Assembly: GCA_963717505.1 (NCBI GenBank)
Contig: OY970342.1
Coordinates: 640,001-704,000 of the forward strand
Reading direction: 5' to 3'
Source: Candidatus Eiseniibacteriota bacterium
GTDB taxonomy: Bacteria > Eisenbacteria > RBG-16-71-46
Length of the DNA stretch: 64,000 bases
Shown here: positions 10,654 to 21,110 of the stretch, in pieces
Layout of the letters: the number at the start of each line of letters is the position of its first letter
Position numbering within the stretch: position 1 is the stretch's first letter
Made by a program: the position numbers and the translations under genes
Notes under the pieces: model-generated
What the model was told of the DNA's origin: nothing
Seen by the model: the letters and a program-made list of their open reading frames with translations, nothing else
The model's database searches: none

Positions 10654-11793
10654 TCAGTTCGACGCGGGGGTACTCCATTGCTCGATCAGGGACTCGATGT
10701 TCTTCCGATTCGGCTCATCCGGCGCCTGGGGCAGAGCCTTCTTGGCCATGGACACCGCCTTGGTCTTGTCGCCGACGCCGGCGTAGCCGCGGGCCAGTCC
10801 GAGGTTCACCGGCCAGACGTTGGGATGCTGCTTCGCGTTGGTCTGAAACACCGTGAGCGCGAGCTGGTTCTCGCCCTGTCCCTGGAGCTGGCGGCCGAAC
10901 TGGTGCATTTGGATCGCATTCGCACCCTCCGGCTTCATGGCGCGCTGAATCGTTTTCTGCGCTTCGTCCTTCATGCCGTTGGCGATCTGGAGCTGGGCCA
11001 GTGTCCCGAGAGTCCGGAAGTTCGCGTTGCCGATTCCTTCCCAGCCCACCGACTGCTGTGCGAACCATAGGCCGTCCTCGAGATGGGTCTTGTGGGTCAG
11101 GCAGTACTGGGCCGCGGCCTCCCAGTTGTTCCACGAGTACCCGTCGCGGTTCCGCAGCTCGCGCTTGATCTGCGCGACGTAGAGGTCGGCGACGTTCTCG
11201 ACGGCGATCCGAATCGGCACCTGCAGGTTCTCCCACTCGAGCGCCACGGTCGCACGGTCGGGCTGCCGATCAGTGAATTCGTAAGTCAGCCATTCGTGGT
11301 ACTCGCTCTTCACCGGGGTCACTTTGATGCGCAACGCGTCCTCGGCAGGGTCGTAGGTGAAGGCACCCCACGAGGTCGAGTTGTTGGAGAAGATGATGGT
11401 CCAGTCGCCAGGATCGGCGATCATGAACAAGCCGTAGGCCCCGGCTTTCAAGGTCTGACCCTCGACCTTCACGTCGTGCGACACGGTGAACACGGTGTTC
11501 TGGTTGGCGCCAGCGCGCCACGGGCATTGAGTGCAGTTGTTGAAGCCGAGATCGTGGAGCCCATAGGGCACGAGCCCGCCCCAGATCTTGCCGGCGCGAT
11601 CTTCGCCGCCCGGGCCGTGAACGTCGGGACTGCTGTAGTCGACCGTGACCTGAACCGGGCCGATCCACTGGGTGACCGAAGCCTTTTGATTGTCGCCGCT
11701 GAAAGGCTGCGTGATGGTTTGCGCAGCGGCCATTGGCACCAGAACGAGCAGCACGAGCGCGAACGACACCAGGGCGCGGAAGGCGCGAAGCAT
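10654..11793 (-). CDS. DUF2911 domain protein with C-terminal TPR-like helices, secreted
   Basis: Signal peptide; VDYSSP, IWGGLVPYG, WRAGAN, WGAFTYD, LEWEN. Confidence 0.85.
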   Translation of the reverse strand: MLRAFRALVSFALVLLVLVPMAAAQTITQPFSGDNQKASVTQWIGPVQVTVDYSSPDVHGPGGEDRAGKIWGGLVPYGLHDLGFNNCTQCPWRAGANQNTVFTVSHDVKVEGQTLKAGAYGLFMIADPGDWTIIFSNNSTSWGAFTYDPAEDALRIKVTPVKSEYHEWLTYEFTDRQPDRATVALEWENLQVPIRIAVENVADLYVAQIKRELRNRDGYSWNNWEAAAQYCLTHKTHLEDGLWFAQQSVGWEGIGNANFRTLGTLAQLQIANGMKDEAQKTIQRAMKPEGANAIQMHQFGRQLQGQGENQLALTVFQTNAKQHPNVWPVNLGLARGYAGVGDKTKAVSMAKKALPQAPDEPNRKNIESLIEQWSTPASN

Positions 11794-11993
11794 GGGACTA
11801 CCTCCAAGAGAGAGCCGCCTGCGGGCGGCGAAGGGACCCGGTCAAAGTGATCCAGGGGAATCTACCGACCGCGCGGCGAAACACGAGATCGCCGTGACCA
11901 GCACGGCCGGCGGCAGCCCGAACGCGGCCGTCCGGGCCGAAGGCTCCTCCGACAGGAACCGAGGACTTAGTCAGGGGGTAGAATTACTGCCCA

Positions 11994-12467
11994 ATGTCGC
12001 TCCGACGCATCCTCCCCCTCGCAGCCGCGACCCTGATTCCGCTGACTTTCGTCGCCTGCGGTTCGGGAACGGGTCCTCTTTCCATCGTGGATCCCGAGGC
12101 TGCGCCTGCCCAGCCTACCTATGAAGAAGTCGCGCTGATCCTCGAGCGTCACTGTCTGACGTGTCACGGCGCCTCACCCGCGCGGGTCCCGCTGGCATCA
12201 GCACACCCGGAGATCCCCAAGCGGCACCCCGGCGGTGGCAGGGCAACGAGACCCGCTGCCGTAGCCGATGGCGACGAGGACGACGAGGGCGCCGACTACT
12301 CGAGCTGCGCCGGCATCGAAGCTGGTTTGGGCGGCATCTTGAACACCGCGGTCCACGGCAACTCGATGCCTCCGGGCGCATTGCCACGCCTGACCCAGGT
12401 CGAGCGGCTCGTCATCAGTCGTTGGATCGATCAGGGCGCGTGCTCGCCCTGCACCGCCTGCCCGTGA
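11994..12467 (+). CDS. Monoheme cytochrome c lipoprotein
   Basis: Lipobox FVAC; CLTCH heme motif; distal Met in NSMPP; WIDQGA; Cys-rich tail CSPCTACP. Confidence 0.8.
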   Translation: MSLRRILPLAAATLIPLTFVACGSGTGPLSIVDPEAAPAQPTYEEVALILERHCLTCHGASPARVPLASAHPEIPKRHPGGGRATRPAAVADGDEDDEGADYSSCAGIEAGLGGILNTAVHGNSMPPGALPRLTQVERLVISRWIDQGACSPCTACP

Positions 12468-13885
12468 AGCGTTCCGTCCGGCGCACCTGGATCGTCGCCA
12501 GCCTCATTCTGCTCTTCGTCGGATCGGTCGCCGGTGGAACGCCGCTGTACTCGGCGCGGGCCGGGAGAACGTGCGACAACTGTCACCTGCGGCCGAACCT
12601 CTGGACCAATCCTCGTCGACTCGATCGCAAGTGCACGCTCTCGTGTCGGGGCTGCCACGTCGATCCGGCGGGCGGAGGCATGCGCAATGCCGTCGGTCGC
12701 TTCTACGGACGGGCCACGCTGCCGATGATCGCGACCAGCCCGCGTCCCACCCAGGATTGGGATCGATGGATCGGAGGTTGGCTCTATCGTCGAGACCACG
12801 CGACCACGTTCACTGACTCGCTGCCCGAGGGGCCGCCCGACTTTGCCGCGGCGCACGACGTGGGCTACGCCCCGCGGGATCGGTGGGCGGGGGGCCACCC
12901 GTGGGGAAGCCCATCGGTCTGGGCGCTGTTCCCAGGCCGCGAAGGCATCCTGGCCTCCGATCCGGCAGTGCAGGTGAGCTGGGATCTCCGTTACGCCGCG
13001 CTCGTGACCCAGGGTTCGCTGGTGTTCCCGATGCAGGCGGATCTCGGATTCGCCGTTCATCCGGTCGAGCACTTGATCCTGGTCGCGAACATTGGCGCCC
13101 GCGGTCGCAGCGCGGGATTCAGCGAAACCGCGGACGACCCGCACACGCCCTATCTGCGGGACGGATATGCGCTGGTGCACGAGCTGCCGGCGATGGCCTA
13201 TGTGCGGGCGGGCCGATTCATGCCGGCATTCGGGCTTCGGCTCGACGACCACACGACGCAACCCCGACGCGCGTTCGAGCAGGACGGCTCCGTGCCCGAG
13301 TCCCGAGTTACCGGGGTCGAGGTGGGCGCGAATCCCAGCTATCCCTATGTCAGTCTCGCGTGGTTCCGATCGGATTCGAGGACCGAGCTGCCCCCGGCCT
13401 TCGACTTGTTCGAGCGCTATGGAGGGGAAGGCTTTGCCGTCAACGCTGGATATCGCGAGCTGGGGTGGAGCCTCGGTGGCAGCCTGCTCAGCCATTCGCG
13501 CGAGCTGGCCGACGGCGGCGACGCCACGAGCGTGGCCTTCTCAGGAGTGTTCAATCCCTGGTTCTACAACTCCCGGCTGCCACTCACCTACCAGGCGGAG
13601 TTCGACCATGGCCGCTACCAGCGCGCCAGCGGCCGCTCGACGGAACGCTCCGGCTTCTATCAGGAACTCGACTGGCGGGCCGGCAACGGTGTGAACCTGC
13701 TCGCCACACAGGACTGGGTGGACCCCGATCGCGAAGTCGATGACGACCACGCTTTTCGTGTCGGGGCTGGCATTCAGATCACGCCGTTGCCGGGGATCAC
13801 CTTCGACCTTCGAGCCCGGGGCTTGTTCCCCGCGGGCGGCGGGGCGGCGGCTGATGGATTCGCTCACGTGCACCTGTGGCGGTGA
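12464..13885 (+). CDS. Diheme cytochrome c fused to outer-membrane beta-barrel (Cyc2-like architecture)
   Basis: GTGA overlap; signal peptide; PLYSARAGRTCDNCH and CRGCHVDPAGGGMRN; porin-like strands (YVRAGRFMPAFG, GVEVG); ends HVHLWR. Confidence 0.72.
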   Translation: MKRSVRRTWIVASLILLFVGSVAGGTPLYSARAGRTCDNCHLRPNLWTNPRRLDRKCTLSCRGCHVDPAGGGMRNAVGRFYGRATLPMIATSPRPTQDWDRWIGGWLYRRDHATTFTDSLPEGPPDFAAAHDVGYAPRDRWAGGHPWGSPSVWALFPGREGILASDPAVQVSWDLRYAALVTQGSLVFPMQADLGFAVHPVEHLILVANIGARGRSAGFSETADDPHTPYLRDGYALVHELPAMAYVRAGRFMPAFGLRLDDHTTQPRRAFEQDGSVPESRVTGVEVGANPSYPYVSLAWFRSDSRTELPPAFDLFERYGGEGFAVNAGYRELGWSLGGSLLSHSRELADGGDATSVAFSGVFNPWFYNSRLPLTYQAEFDHGRYQRASGRSTERSGFYQELDWRAGNGVNLLATQDWVDPDREVDDDHAFRVGAGIQITPLPGITFDLRARGLFPAGGGAAADGFAHVHLWR

Positions 13886-14016
13886 CTTAGGCTGGCGGTG
13901 GAGGTGGCTCGATGCGACCGTGGTGACCAGCGATTGGTCCTATTCGGCGCGGCTTCCCATTGCTAGACTGAGTCGTCGACCAGATGCCGCTTCGCACCTG
14001 CTCCGGAAGGCCGACC

Positions 14017-16678
14017 ATGTCCAAACGCACCCTGTTGGCGACGACGATCGTCGCTCCCGCCTTGATCGCGGGAGCCCTGGTGGCGACCCATCGAGTCGGG
14101 CCGCGAATCGAGAAGATCCCGGCTGAAGAAACGCCGCTTCGCAGCTACTCGATCTCGGCCGGCTCCGATGCGGCAGGCCCGTCGGCATTTCCATCCGAGT
14201 GGGCGTGGATCCGCCGCACGGCTCCCTACTGGAACGCGGACGCGGAGTCCTTCCGCCAGGAAGTCGATCGCGCGGGCTCGCTGCGCAAGGCCGCAGCACT
14301 CGGCCCGCGCTTCGCCCTCACGCCGGTCACGCCGGCGGGACCCGACAACATCGGCGGGCGTTTCAGCGATATCGAGTGGGATCCGACCGACGCGACGATT
14401 GCCTACGCCGGAGCCGCGACCGGGGGCGTGTTCAAGTCGGCGGACGGTGGCGCCAGCTGGACTCCGATCGCCGATGCCCTGCCGAATCTGAACGTCGGCG
14501 ATCTTGCGATCGATCCGAACGATCCCGAGACCGTCTGGTTGGGGACGGGCGAGCCGAACGGCGGCCACAACAACTTCCCCGGCGGCGGCATCTATCGCAG
14601 CACCGACGGCGGAGGCAATTGGTCGTTCATGGGATTGGGGGGCACGGCGAGCATCGGGCGCGTGGTCGTCGATCCCTCCAACAGCCAGCGGGTGTTCGTT
14701 GCGGCGCAAGGCAGCTACTTCGGGCCGAACCCCGAGCGTGGTCTCTACCGGACCACCGACGGCGGCGCCTCGTGGCAGCTCGTGTTGACCGTCAACGACA
14801 GCACCGGGGCGACCGACATCGTGATCGATCCGACGAATCCCAGCCGCATGATGGCTGCGACCTGGGAACGAGTGCGGCGGCCGAACGGCGGCACGCATCT
14901 ATTCGGGCCGTCTTCCGGCATCTGGCGCAGCCTCAACGGCGGGACCACGTGGACCAAGCTGGGAGCGGCCAACGGGCTGCCCAATCCCGCCACCCAGAAC
15001 GTTGGTCGCATCGGACTCGCCCTTTGCCCCGCGAATCCCAACACGGCCTATGCCGTGATCACCAACGGCAACAACGTGATTGGTTTGTGGCAGTCCCTGG
15101 ACTTCGGCACCAGCTGGCTGAACCGCGACAGCGATCTCGAGATCCAGGCCGGTGGCGGCGGGTTCTCCTGGTACTTCAGCCAGGTGCGGGTGGCGCCCAA
15201 CAACTGCAATCGGGTCTACGCGCTCGACGTGACGTTCTTCCGCAGCGAGGACGGCGGCCTGACCTTCCCGATCAAGTACGGCTACACGGGATCGCCGCCG
15301 GACTTCCACGTCGATCATCACGCGCTCGCGTTCCATCCCGCGAATCCCAACATTCTGCTGGAGGGCAACGACGGCGGGATCAATCACAGCTCGGACGGCG
15401 GGACGAACTGGACCAAGATCGCGGGTTTGCCGGTGACCCAGTTCTACGAAATCGGCCTCGATCCCTCCGACCCGTCTCGGCTCTACGGCGGCACTCAGGA
15501 CAACGGCACGCTTCGCACGGCCACCGGCGGCGTCAGCGACTGGGAGAACATCCTGGGCGGCGACGGGTTCTACGTGAACGTCGACCCGACCAACAGCAAT
15601 GTGATCTATGCCGAGTCGCAATTCGGCGCGCTGAGCAAGACCACGAACGGCGGCGCCAGCTGGGTCGGGATCGCGCCCGCGGGTGCGGCGAGCGACCGGA
15701 AGAACTGGTCGACCCCGGTCGAGCTCGATCCGGTATCGCCCAACATCGTGTACTACGGAACGCAGCGGTTGTGGCGCAGCACCGACGGGGGCACGAGCTG
15801 GACTGCCGCGAGCGGCGACCTGACCGGATGGATAACCGGTGCCGTGCTCGGGACGATCACGACCATCGGAGTTTCGCCCGCCAATCCATCCGTGGTCTGG
15901 ATCGGCACCGACGACGGCCGCGTGTGGCGCGGAGTCGAGACCGCGGGGGTGTTCGCGTGGACCAACATCACGGCCGCTCCATTGCCGCCGCGCTGGGTGA
16001 CGCGCGTGGTCCCGCATCCGAGCGACCCCATGTCGGCGTGGATCACGTTCAGCGGACTCAAGTGGCGGGAATCCGAGAGCCACGTGTTCGCGACCACCAA
16101 TGGCGGTGCCGCCTGGACCGACATCTCGAGCAACCTGCCGGCGGTTCCGATCAACGGCATGGTCGTGGACCCCGACCATCCGCAGATCCTGTTCGTCGGC
16201 ACCGACCTCGGCGCCTACTACTCGAACAATGCCGGTGCGGCATGGAACTACCTGAGCGCGGAGTTGCCGTTGGTGACCGTCTACGACCTGGCGATTCACC
16301 CGACCGCCCGCTTCCTCGCGATCGGCAGCTACGGAAAGAGCATGTACAAGATGGATCTCGACGTCGCGCTCGCGGTCGACGATCCTCCCGATCCCGCGCG
16401 GGTCGCACTCCTCCAGAATGTGCCCAATCCGTTCGCGTCGAGCACCTCGATCGCCTTCACGTTGCGAGAGACCGGTCCGGTCCGGTTGAGCGTGTTCGAT
16501 GTCTCCGGCCGCCGCGTCCGGGTGCTCGCGAACCGCGAGCTGGCCGCCGGCCGGCACGACGTTCGCGTGGGACGGCCGGGACGAGCACGGGCAGCGGGTT
16601 CGAAGCGGAAGCTACCGCTATCGGCTGGAGGTACCTGGCGGTGAGGCGATCACGCGGAACATGGTGATCGTTCGATAG
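14017..16678 (+). CDS. BNR/VPS10-like (GH74/Ycf48-type) beta-propeller protein with FlgD-Ig CTD; +1 frameshift near 16563
   Basis: Many S/T-x-D-G-G-x-S/T-W Asp-boxes; HVDHH, GGTQDNG, GGDGF. Removing one base in gttc (16561-16564) restores AWDGRDEHGQRVRSGSYRYRL...IVR, ending at TAG 16678. Confidence 0.85.
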
Positions 16679-16709
16679 CGGCTCGATGTGAGAGCCGGGT
16701 GCGACCGCC

Positions 16710-18251
16710 CTATTCGGCCCTCTTGATCCCGAGCGACTTCATGCGGTAGCCGAGCGTGGTCGGCTTGAGCCCCAGAAGGGCGGCGGCGCCGTTCGGGCCC
16801 GACACCTTCCAATTCGCGCGCTCGAGCGCCCGGACGATGTTCGCACGTTCGCGCTGCTCGAACTCGGCCGCCGTCAGGAACTCGGCGGCTGGAGCCGCGG
16901 CCTCGCAGGGCGGCACCTCCGCGTTGGCATCGAGGCCGGACTTGATCACCGGCGGATCGAACCACAGGCGCTTGCCTCGGGCCAGGATCACCGCGCGCTC
17001 GATGACATTGCGCATCTCGCGCACGTTGCCCGGCCAGTCGTACGCGAGCAGAGCTTCTGCCTGGGAGCGGGCCAGGGTCAGGCGCTCCCGATCCAGCTCG
17101 CGGCAGGTCAGCGCGATGAAATGGTTGGCGAGCGGCAGGATGTCTTCGCGACGCTCCCGGAGGGGCGGCACCTCGATCGGGAACACGCTCAATCGGTAGA
17201 AGAGATCCTCGCGAAACCGGCCGCGCTCGACCTCGTTCCTGAGGTTTCGGTTGGTGGCGGCAATGATCCGGACATCCGCCTTGCGCGTCCGCTCCTCGCC
17301 GACGCGCTCGAACTCGGCTTCCTGAACCATGCGCAGCAGTTTCCCTTGGAGCTCCAGGGGAATCTCGGCGACCTCGTCGAGGAACAGGGTTCCGCCGTCG
17401 GCCAGCTCGAACCGACCGACACGATCCCGGTGGGCGCCGGTGAACGCGCCCCGTACGTGACCGAAGAACTCGCTCTCGAACAACTCGCGGGGGATCGAAG
17501 CGCAATTCACCTTGACCAGGGGCCGCTCGCGTCGCGGACTGTGATCGTGGATGGCACGCGCCAGCAGCTCCTTGCCCACGCCCGATTCTCCGAGAATGAG
17601 CACGTTCGCCTTGGTGGACGACACCGCTTCCGTCTGCGCGAGCACCCGGCCGAGTGCCGGGCTGTGGCCGACGATCTCGCCCAGGCGGAAGGTGTGATTC
17701 ACTTCTTCTCTCAGATAGTCGCGTTCGAGCTCGAGGGCTTCCTTGAGGCGGGCGATCTCTTCGAACGCGCGCTGCTTCTCCTGTTCGGCGCTCACCCGCT
17801 CGGTGATGTCGCGGCCCACCGCCAGGAAGCCCGGCTTGCCGCCGACGTTGATCGTCGAGGCAGACATCTCGCAAATGCCCCTTCGTCCGGAGCGGTGGAT
17901 GTAGACCGTCTGGAGACCGCGAACGGAGCCCTTCTCCTGGAGTTCCTTCATCAGCTTGACCCGGGTGGTCGGGTCGTCCCAGAGCTTGAGCTCGTACGCC
18001 GTCTTCCCGATCACTTCCTCTCTCGAATAGCCGATCATCTCGAGGAAGCCGTCGTTCACCTCGAGAAACTTGTTGTCCTCGAGCAGCGAGATCGTGATGC
18101 CGTCGGGACTGGCGTGAAATGCCTTCGAGAACTTCTCCTCGGACAGCCGGAGAGCAGCCTCGGCATCGACCCTCGCGTCCACGGCAATAGCGCCGGGCAT
18201 CGCGGGTGTGTTTTCCGGCCGCAGCCCGACCATCGCGTCGTTTCCAGTCAT
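16710..18251 (-). CDS. Sigma-54-dependent enhancer-binding protein, PAS + AAA+ + Fis HTH (FhlA/HyfR-like)
   Basis: [50 protein letters not shown] precedes ATG 18251. Confidence 0.93.
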   Translation of the reverse strand: MTGNDAMVGLRPENTPAMPGAIAVDARVDAEAALRLSEEKFSKAFHASPDGITISLLEDNKFLEVNDGFLEMIGYSREEVIGKTAYELKLWDDPTTRVKLMKELQEKGSVRGLQTVYIHRSGRRGICEMSASTINVGGKPGFLAVGRDITERVSAEQEKQRAFEEIARLKEALELERDYLREEVNHTFRLGEIVGHSPALGRVLAQTEAVSSTKANVLILGESGVGKELLARAIHDHSPRRERPLVKVNCASIPRELFESEFFGHVRGAFTGAHRDRVGRFELADGGTLFLDEVAEIPLELQGKLLRMVQEAEFERVGEERTRKADVRIIAATNRNLRNEVERGRFREDLFYRLSVFPIEVPPLRERREDILPLANHFIALTCRELDRERLTLARSQAEALLAYDWPGNVREMRNVIERAVILARGKRLWFDPPVIKSGLDANAEVPPCEAAAPAAEFLTAAEFEQRERANIVRALERANWKVSGPNGAAALLGLKPTTLGYRMKSLGIKRAE

Positions 18252-18320
18252 TGCCCCTCCCCAAAGAACCTCAGATTCGACCCGCCTTGGATGTCGGTCG
18301 AGGGCCTCAGCCTCATGGTT

Positions 18321-18376
18321 TGACGGATTTTTGTCAGAGGGCTCGCAGAAATCTGCGGATTGGCGGAATCCTGCCA
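18321..18376. promoter_or_regulatory. Three tandem inverted repeats, candidate enhancer (UAS) sites
   Basis: TGAC-N8-GTCA (18321-18336), CGCAGA-AA-TCTGCG (18344-18357), TGGC-N8-GCCA (18361-18376). Confidence 0.5.
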
Positions 18377-18431
18377 CCGGGCTCATTGGCAGATCACTTT
18401 TAACACCAACGACTTAGCGTGACGACACGCT

Positions 18432-18448
18432 CCGGCACGATCGGTGCG
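18432..18448 (+). promoter_or_regulatory. Sigma-54 (-24/-12) promoter
   Basis: ccGGCACGatcgGTGCg: GG 18434-35, N10, GC 18446-47. Divergent from a bEBP gene, with IHF-like cACCAACGACTTA just upstream. Confidence 0.65.
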
Positions 18449-18468
18449 CTGGCGCAGGGACGTGAGTC

Positions 18469-18981
18469 ATGGCCGCCCCCCTTTCCCAGGACATGGAGCG
18501 TTTCCGATCGATGCCCGCTGACAAGAACAAGAGGTGCGACGAGCCGACGAGGGAAGCCCCAGCCGAGTCCTCCGTGCCGACCCCGGCTGGTTTCTTCGAC
18601 CCCGAGGGTCGCGCCCAGGAGGACCTCTCTTACTTCCGGTCCACCGACCCCGAAGTCCAAAAGATGATGAACATCGTGCGCGCGACTCTGGAGGAGAAGG
18701 GCCTGACGGTCATGGCCCGCGGCCTCACCGAGCGCGACCCGGAAAAGGTGGGGGGATTCGTTCCCTGTCTGACGGCTGAAGGGGCCGGTGAGTTCTACAT
18801 CGTGGAATGTGTCACAGGCAGGATGCTCGAAAACTCCCACCTTGCGATTCGGATGGCGATCCTGTCGCGACACAAACAAGCGATTCGGTGGTTCGTCGTC
18901 CCGCTCTCGCGCCTCGAAGAGGCGACCGAGCTCATGCGGTGGATCGGCCACGGCTGGAAGCTGGTTCCGATCGAAGTCTAG
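18469..18981 (+). CDS. Hypothetical protein, possible degenerate PD-(D/E)XK nuclease-like fold
   Basis: GC3-rich ORF behind the sigma-54 promoter; GFVPCLTAEGAGEFYIVECVT resembles PDLxA...IVEVET. Start uncertain (18469/18493/18511). Confidence 0.6.
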   Translation: MAAPLSQDMERFRSMPADKNKRCDEPTREAPAESSVPTPAGFFDPEGRAQEDLSYFRSTDPEVQKMMNIVRATLEEKGLTVMARGLTERDPEKVGGFVPCLTAEGAGEFYIVECVTGRMLENSHLAIRMAILSRHKQAIRWFVVPLSRLEEATELMRWIGHGWKLVPIEV

Positions 18982-18993
18982 CCCAGAGCACGA

Positions 18994-19024
18994 AAGAGGC
19001 TGCCCCGGGAGGGGACAGCCCCTT
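18994..19024. terminator. GC-rich hairpin between convergent genes, probable terminator
   Basis: AAGAGGCTGCCCC-GGGA-GGGGACAGCCCCTT; only a short U-tract on the minus strand. Confidence 0.45.
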
Positions 19025-19061
19025 GTAGGGTCCGGCACGCGGGCAGCGACCCGCGTGCCTC

Positions 19062-19436
19062 CTACTTGGTCGCTGCCGCGAGCACGTTGATGTTCTTCAT
19101 CACGTGCGTGTTGCCGCAGTAGCCGCTGTCCACGGTCAGCGTCCAGTCACCGCCCGCGGGCAGAACCAGATTCGCGGCGTATCCGCCCGCTTGCTTCACG
19201 GCGTGCGCGCGAACCTGTACGCGTTCCTTGCCGCGGGTCGCGACCAGCATCGGCTTGAGATCGTCGAGGGGTTGGCCCACCGCGTCGTGGACGGTGAACG
19301 TCACTGTGGTCGACTTGCCGGCGACCAGCTTGGGCGGCAGCGCGCTGACCTTGATCGTCGCGTGTCCACCGGCGAGGGCGAGCGGGGCGCCGAGCACGAG
19401 GCCGGCGGCAGCGAGCAGAATCGTGCGCTTGAGCAT
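19062..19436 (-). CDS. FixH/YtkA-like secreted Ig-fold protein
   Basis: RBS GGAGG; signal peptide ending ALA; GGYAANLVLPAGGDWTLTV pattern. Confidence 0.7.
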   Translation of the reverse strand: MLKRTILLAAAGLVLGAPLALAGGHATIKVSALPPKLVAGKSTTVTFTVHDAVGQPLDDLKPMLVATRGKERVQVRAHAVKQAGGYAANLVLPAGGDWTLTVDSGYCGNTHVMKNINVLAAATK

Positions 19437-19487
19437 GAGTTCCTCCGTCGAGTTCCGGCACGCCTCCATGGGCGCGCCACGTCGACA

Positions 19488-19514
19488 AAGACGCAGCAAC
19501 GTCGAGAAGTGTTA
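19488..19514 (-). promoter_or_regulatory. ECF-type promoter, copy 2 (TAACACTTC-N9-CTGCGTCTT)
   Basis: Both 9-bp boxes and their spacing are identical to the copy at 21111-21137; AAC-N17-CGTC arrangement. Confidence 0.7.
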
Positions 19515-20522
19515 TCCGCGACCCGCCGGCGGATCCTGCGCCCACACCCGCCACCACTCGGCGTCGCCCAGGCCGAGCGCGTTCCACCAAAGATCCAGCA
19601 TGGCGCCATCGGCCGAGAGCACTCCGTCGCGGGTCACGCCCGGAGGAGGCGGAACCAGCGCCGACAGGCGATCGAATACGGCGCCTCGGACGTCGCCGCG
19701 CGTGCGTGCCAGCAGATGCCAGAGCGTGAGCGCATCGTCAGCCCGTGCGTTGGCCAGCACGGTGGCCAGCGCCGCGGGATCGGTCATCGCACGATCGAGG
19801 GCTGCGACCAACGCAGGATCGGCGTCGAGGAAATGCGGCAGTCCGAGATCCTCGCCACGCCGGGTGACGCAGCGCGCACCGGCGGGAATGAACGTCTCGC
19901 GCCCGTCGCGCTCGAAGCTCACCCAACCCGATTCCACGATCACGGTCGAGGCGCCGTCCTCCGCGACTTCGAGCGTGTAGACACAGCCCAGATCCACGGC
20001 GGCCGCCGACGGCGTGTCGACCACGAACTGGCGCGGCGGCGCGAAGATCAACGCGCGCAGCACGCCCCGATCGAGCGCCATACGCTGTTCCTGGGCATTG
20101 GCGCGCACCAGGCGTAGCCGCGACTCGGGCTCGAGAGTCACCTCGCCGACGTCGGCGACCTGGACGCGGGCGCGTTCTCCTGCCCGGGTGGCGAGCCGCT
20201 GGCCGACCGCCAGCCGGTCCGCGCGCGTGTCGCCCGAGGCGCTCTCCCATTCCACCGCCCACGAGGGGCCGGTCGGACGCACAACGCTCCAGATCACGAC
20301 CCCCGCGATGACGATCAAAGATGCCGCGGCGAGCAGCCAACCGCGGTAGGGAACCGTACGACGCGGCTGACCGTCGGGGAGACGAACGGCGGCCGGGGCC
20401 CCCTGCGGTTCCGGTAACTCGAGTGGCCGCCCGTCGTGCGCGAGCGACGACAGCGCTCGCTCGAGTTTCTCGACCTCGGGATCGGGCGGACTGCTGCGAT
20501 CCCACAGATACCGGTCACTCAT
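19512..20522 (-). CDS. FecR-domain anti-sigma factor
   Basis: MSDRYLWD N-terminus overlapping the sigma gene; single TM helix; FVVDTPSAAAVDLGCVYTLEV FecR-like region. Confidence 0.8.
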   Translation of the reverse strand: MSDRYLWDRSSPPDPEVEKLERALSSLAHDGRPLELPEPQGAPAAVRLPDGQPRRTVPYRGWLLAAASLIVIAGVVIWSVVRPTGPSWAVEWESASGDTRADRLAVGQRLATRAGERARVQVADVGEVTLEPESRLRLVRANAQEQRMALDRGVLRALIFAPPRQFVVDTPSAAAVDLGCVYTLEVAEDGASTVIVESGWVSFERDGRETFIPAGARCVTRRGEDLGLPHFLDADPALVAALDRAMTDPAALATVLANARADDALTLWHLLARTRGDVRGAVFDRLSALVPPPPGVTRDGVLSADGAMLDLWWNALGLGDAEWWRVWAQDPPAGRG

Positions 20523-21042
20523 CGTTCGCACCTCCGGGCGCCAGCCCCAATCGTTGCCTCAACAGTTTCATTCCCCGGTACAGGTTGACTCGGACCGAGC
20601 CTTCGGTGAGACCGGTGCGAGCCGCGATCTCGGAACCGCTCATCCCCTCGACCAAACGCAGCACCAGCGTTTCACGATAGGCCTCGGGCAGCGACATCAT
20701 CGCGTCGAGCGCCTCCCGCGCTTCGGCGCCGGGCGGATCGGCTGTCGCCAGGTCGTCGGGCACCGGCACCGCCCTACGCGTGCTGCGGTGATGATCGATC
20801 GCCTGGTTGCGCGCCATGGTCGCAATCCACCCCGGGAACGCGGCGGGATCACGCAGCCCGGCCAACCGCTCGAGCGCCCGAATGAAGACGTCGTGCACCA
20901 GGTCGTCCACGAAGGCCACGGGTACGCGCGCCAGGAGAATTCCGTGCACGACGCGAGCGTACCGCTCGTAAAGGCAGCCGAACGCCGCGCGATCGCCGGA
21001 CTGGGCGGAGCGCACCAGGTCGGCGTCGGGCGCGGAATTCAC
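20515..21042 (-). CDS. ECF RNA polymerase sigma factor
   Basis: DADLVRSAQSGDRAAF, DDLVHDVF, ARNQAIDHHR, LPEAYRETLVLR, GSVRVNLYRG. Probable GTG start at 21042. Confidence 0.92.
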   Translation of the reverse strand: MNSAPDADLVRSAQSGDRAAFGCLYERYARVVHGILLARVPVAFVDDLVHDVFIRALERLAGLRDPAAFPGWIATMARNQAIDHHRSTRRAVPVPDDLATADPPGAEAREALDAMMSLPEAYRETLVLRLVEGMSGSEIAARTGLTEGSVRVNLYRGMKLLRQRLGLAPGGANDE

Positions 21043-21110
21043 GCGCTGCCCCCAAACCCGGGGCAGACCGGAACGCGACGGCCATTCGAGCGCTCGTTCC
21101 GCATTGAAAT

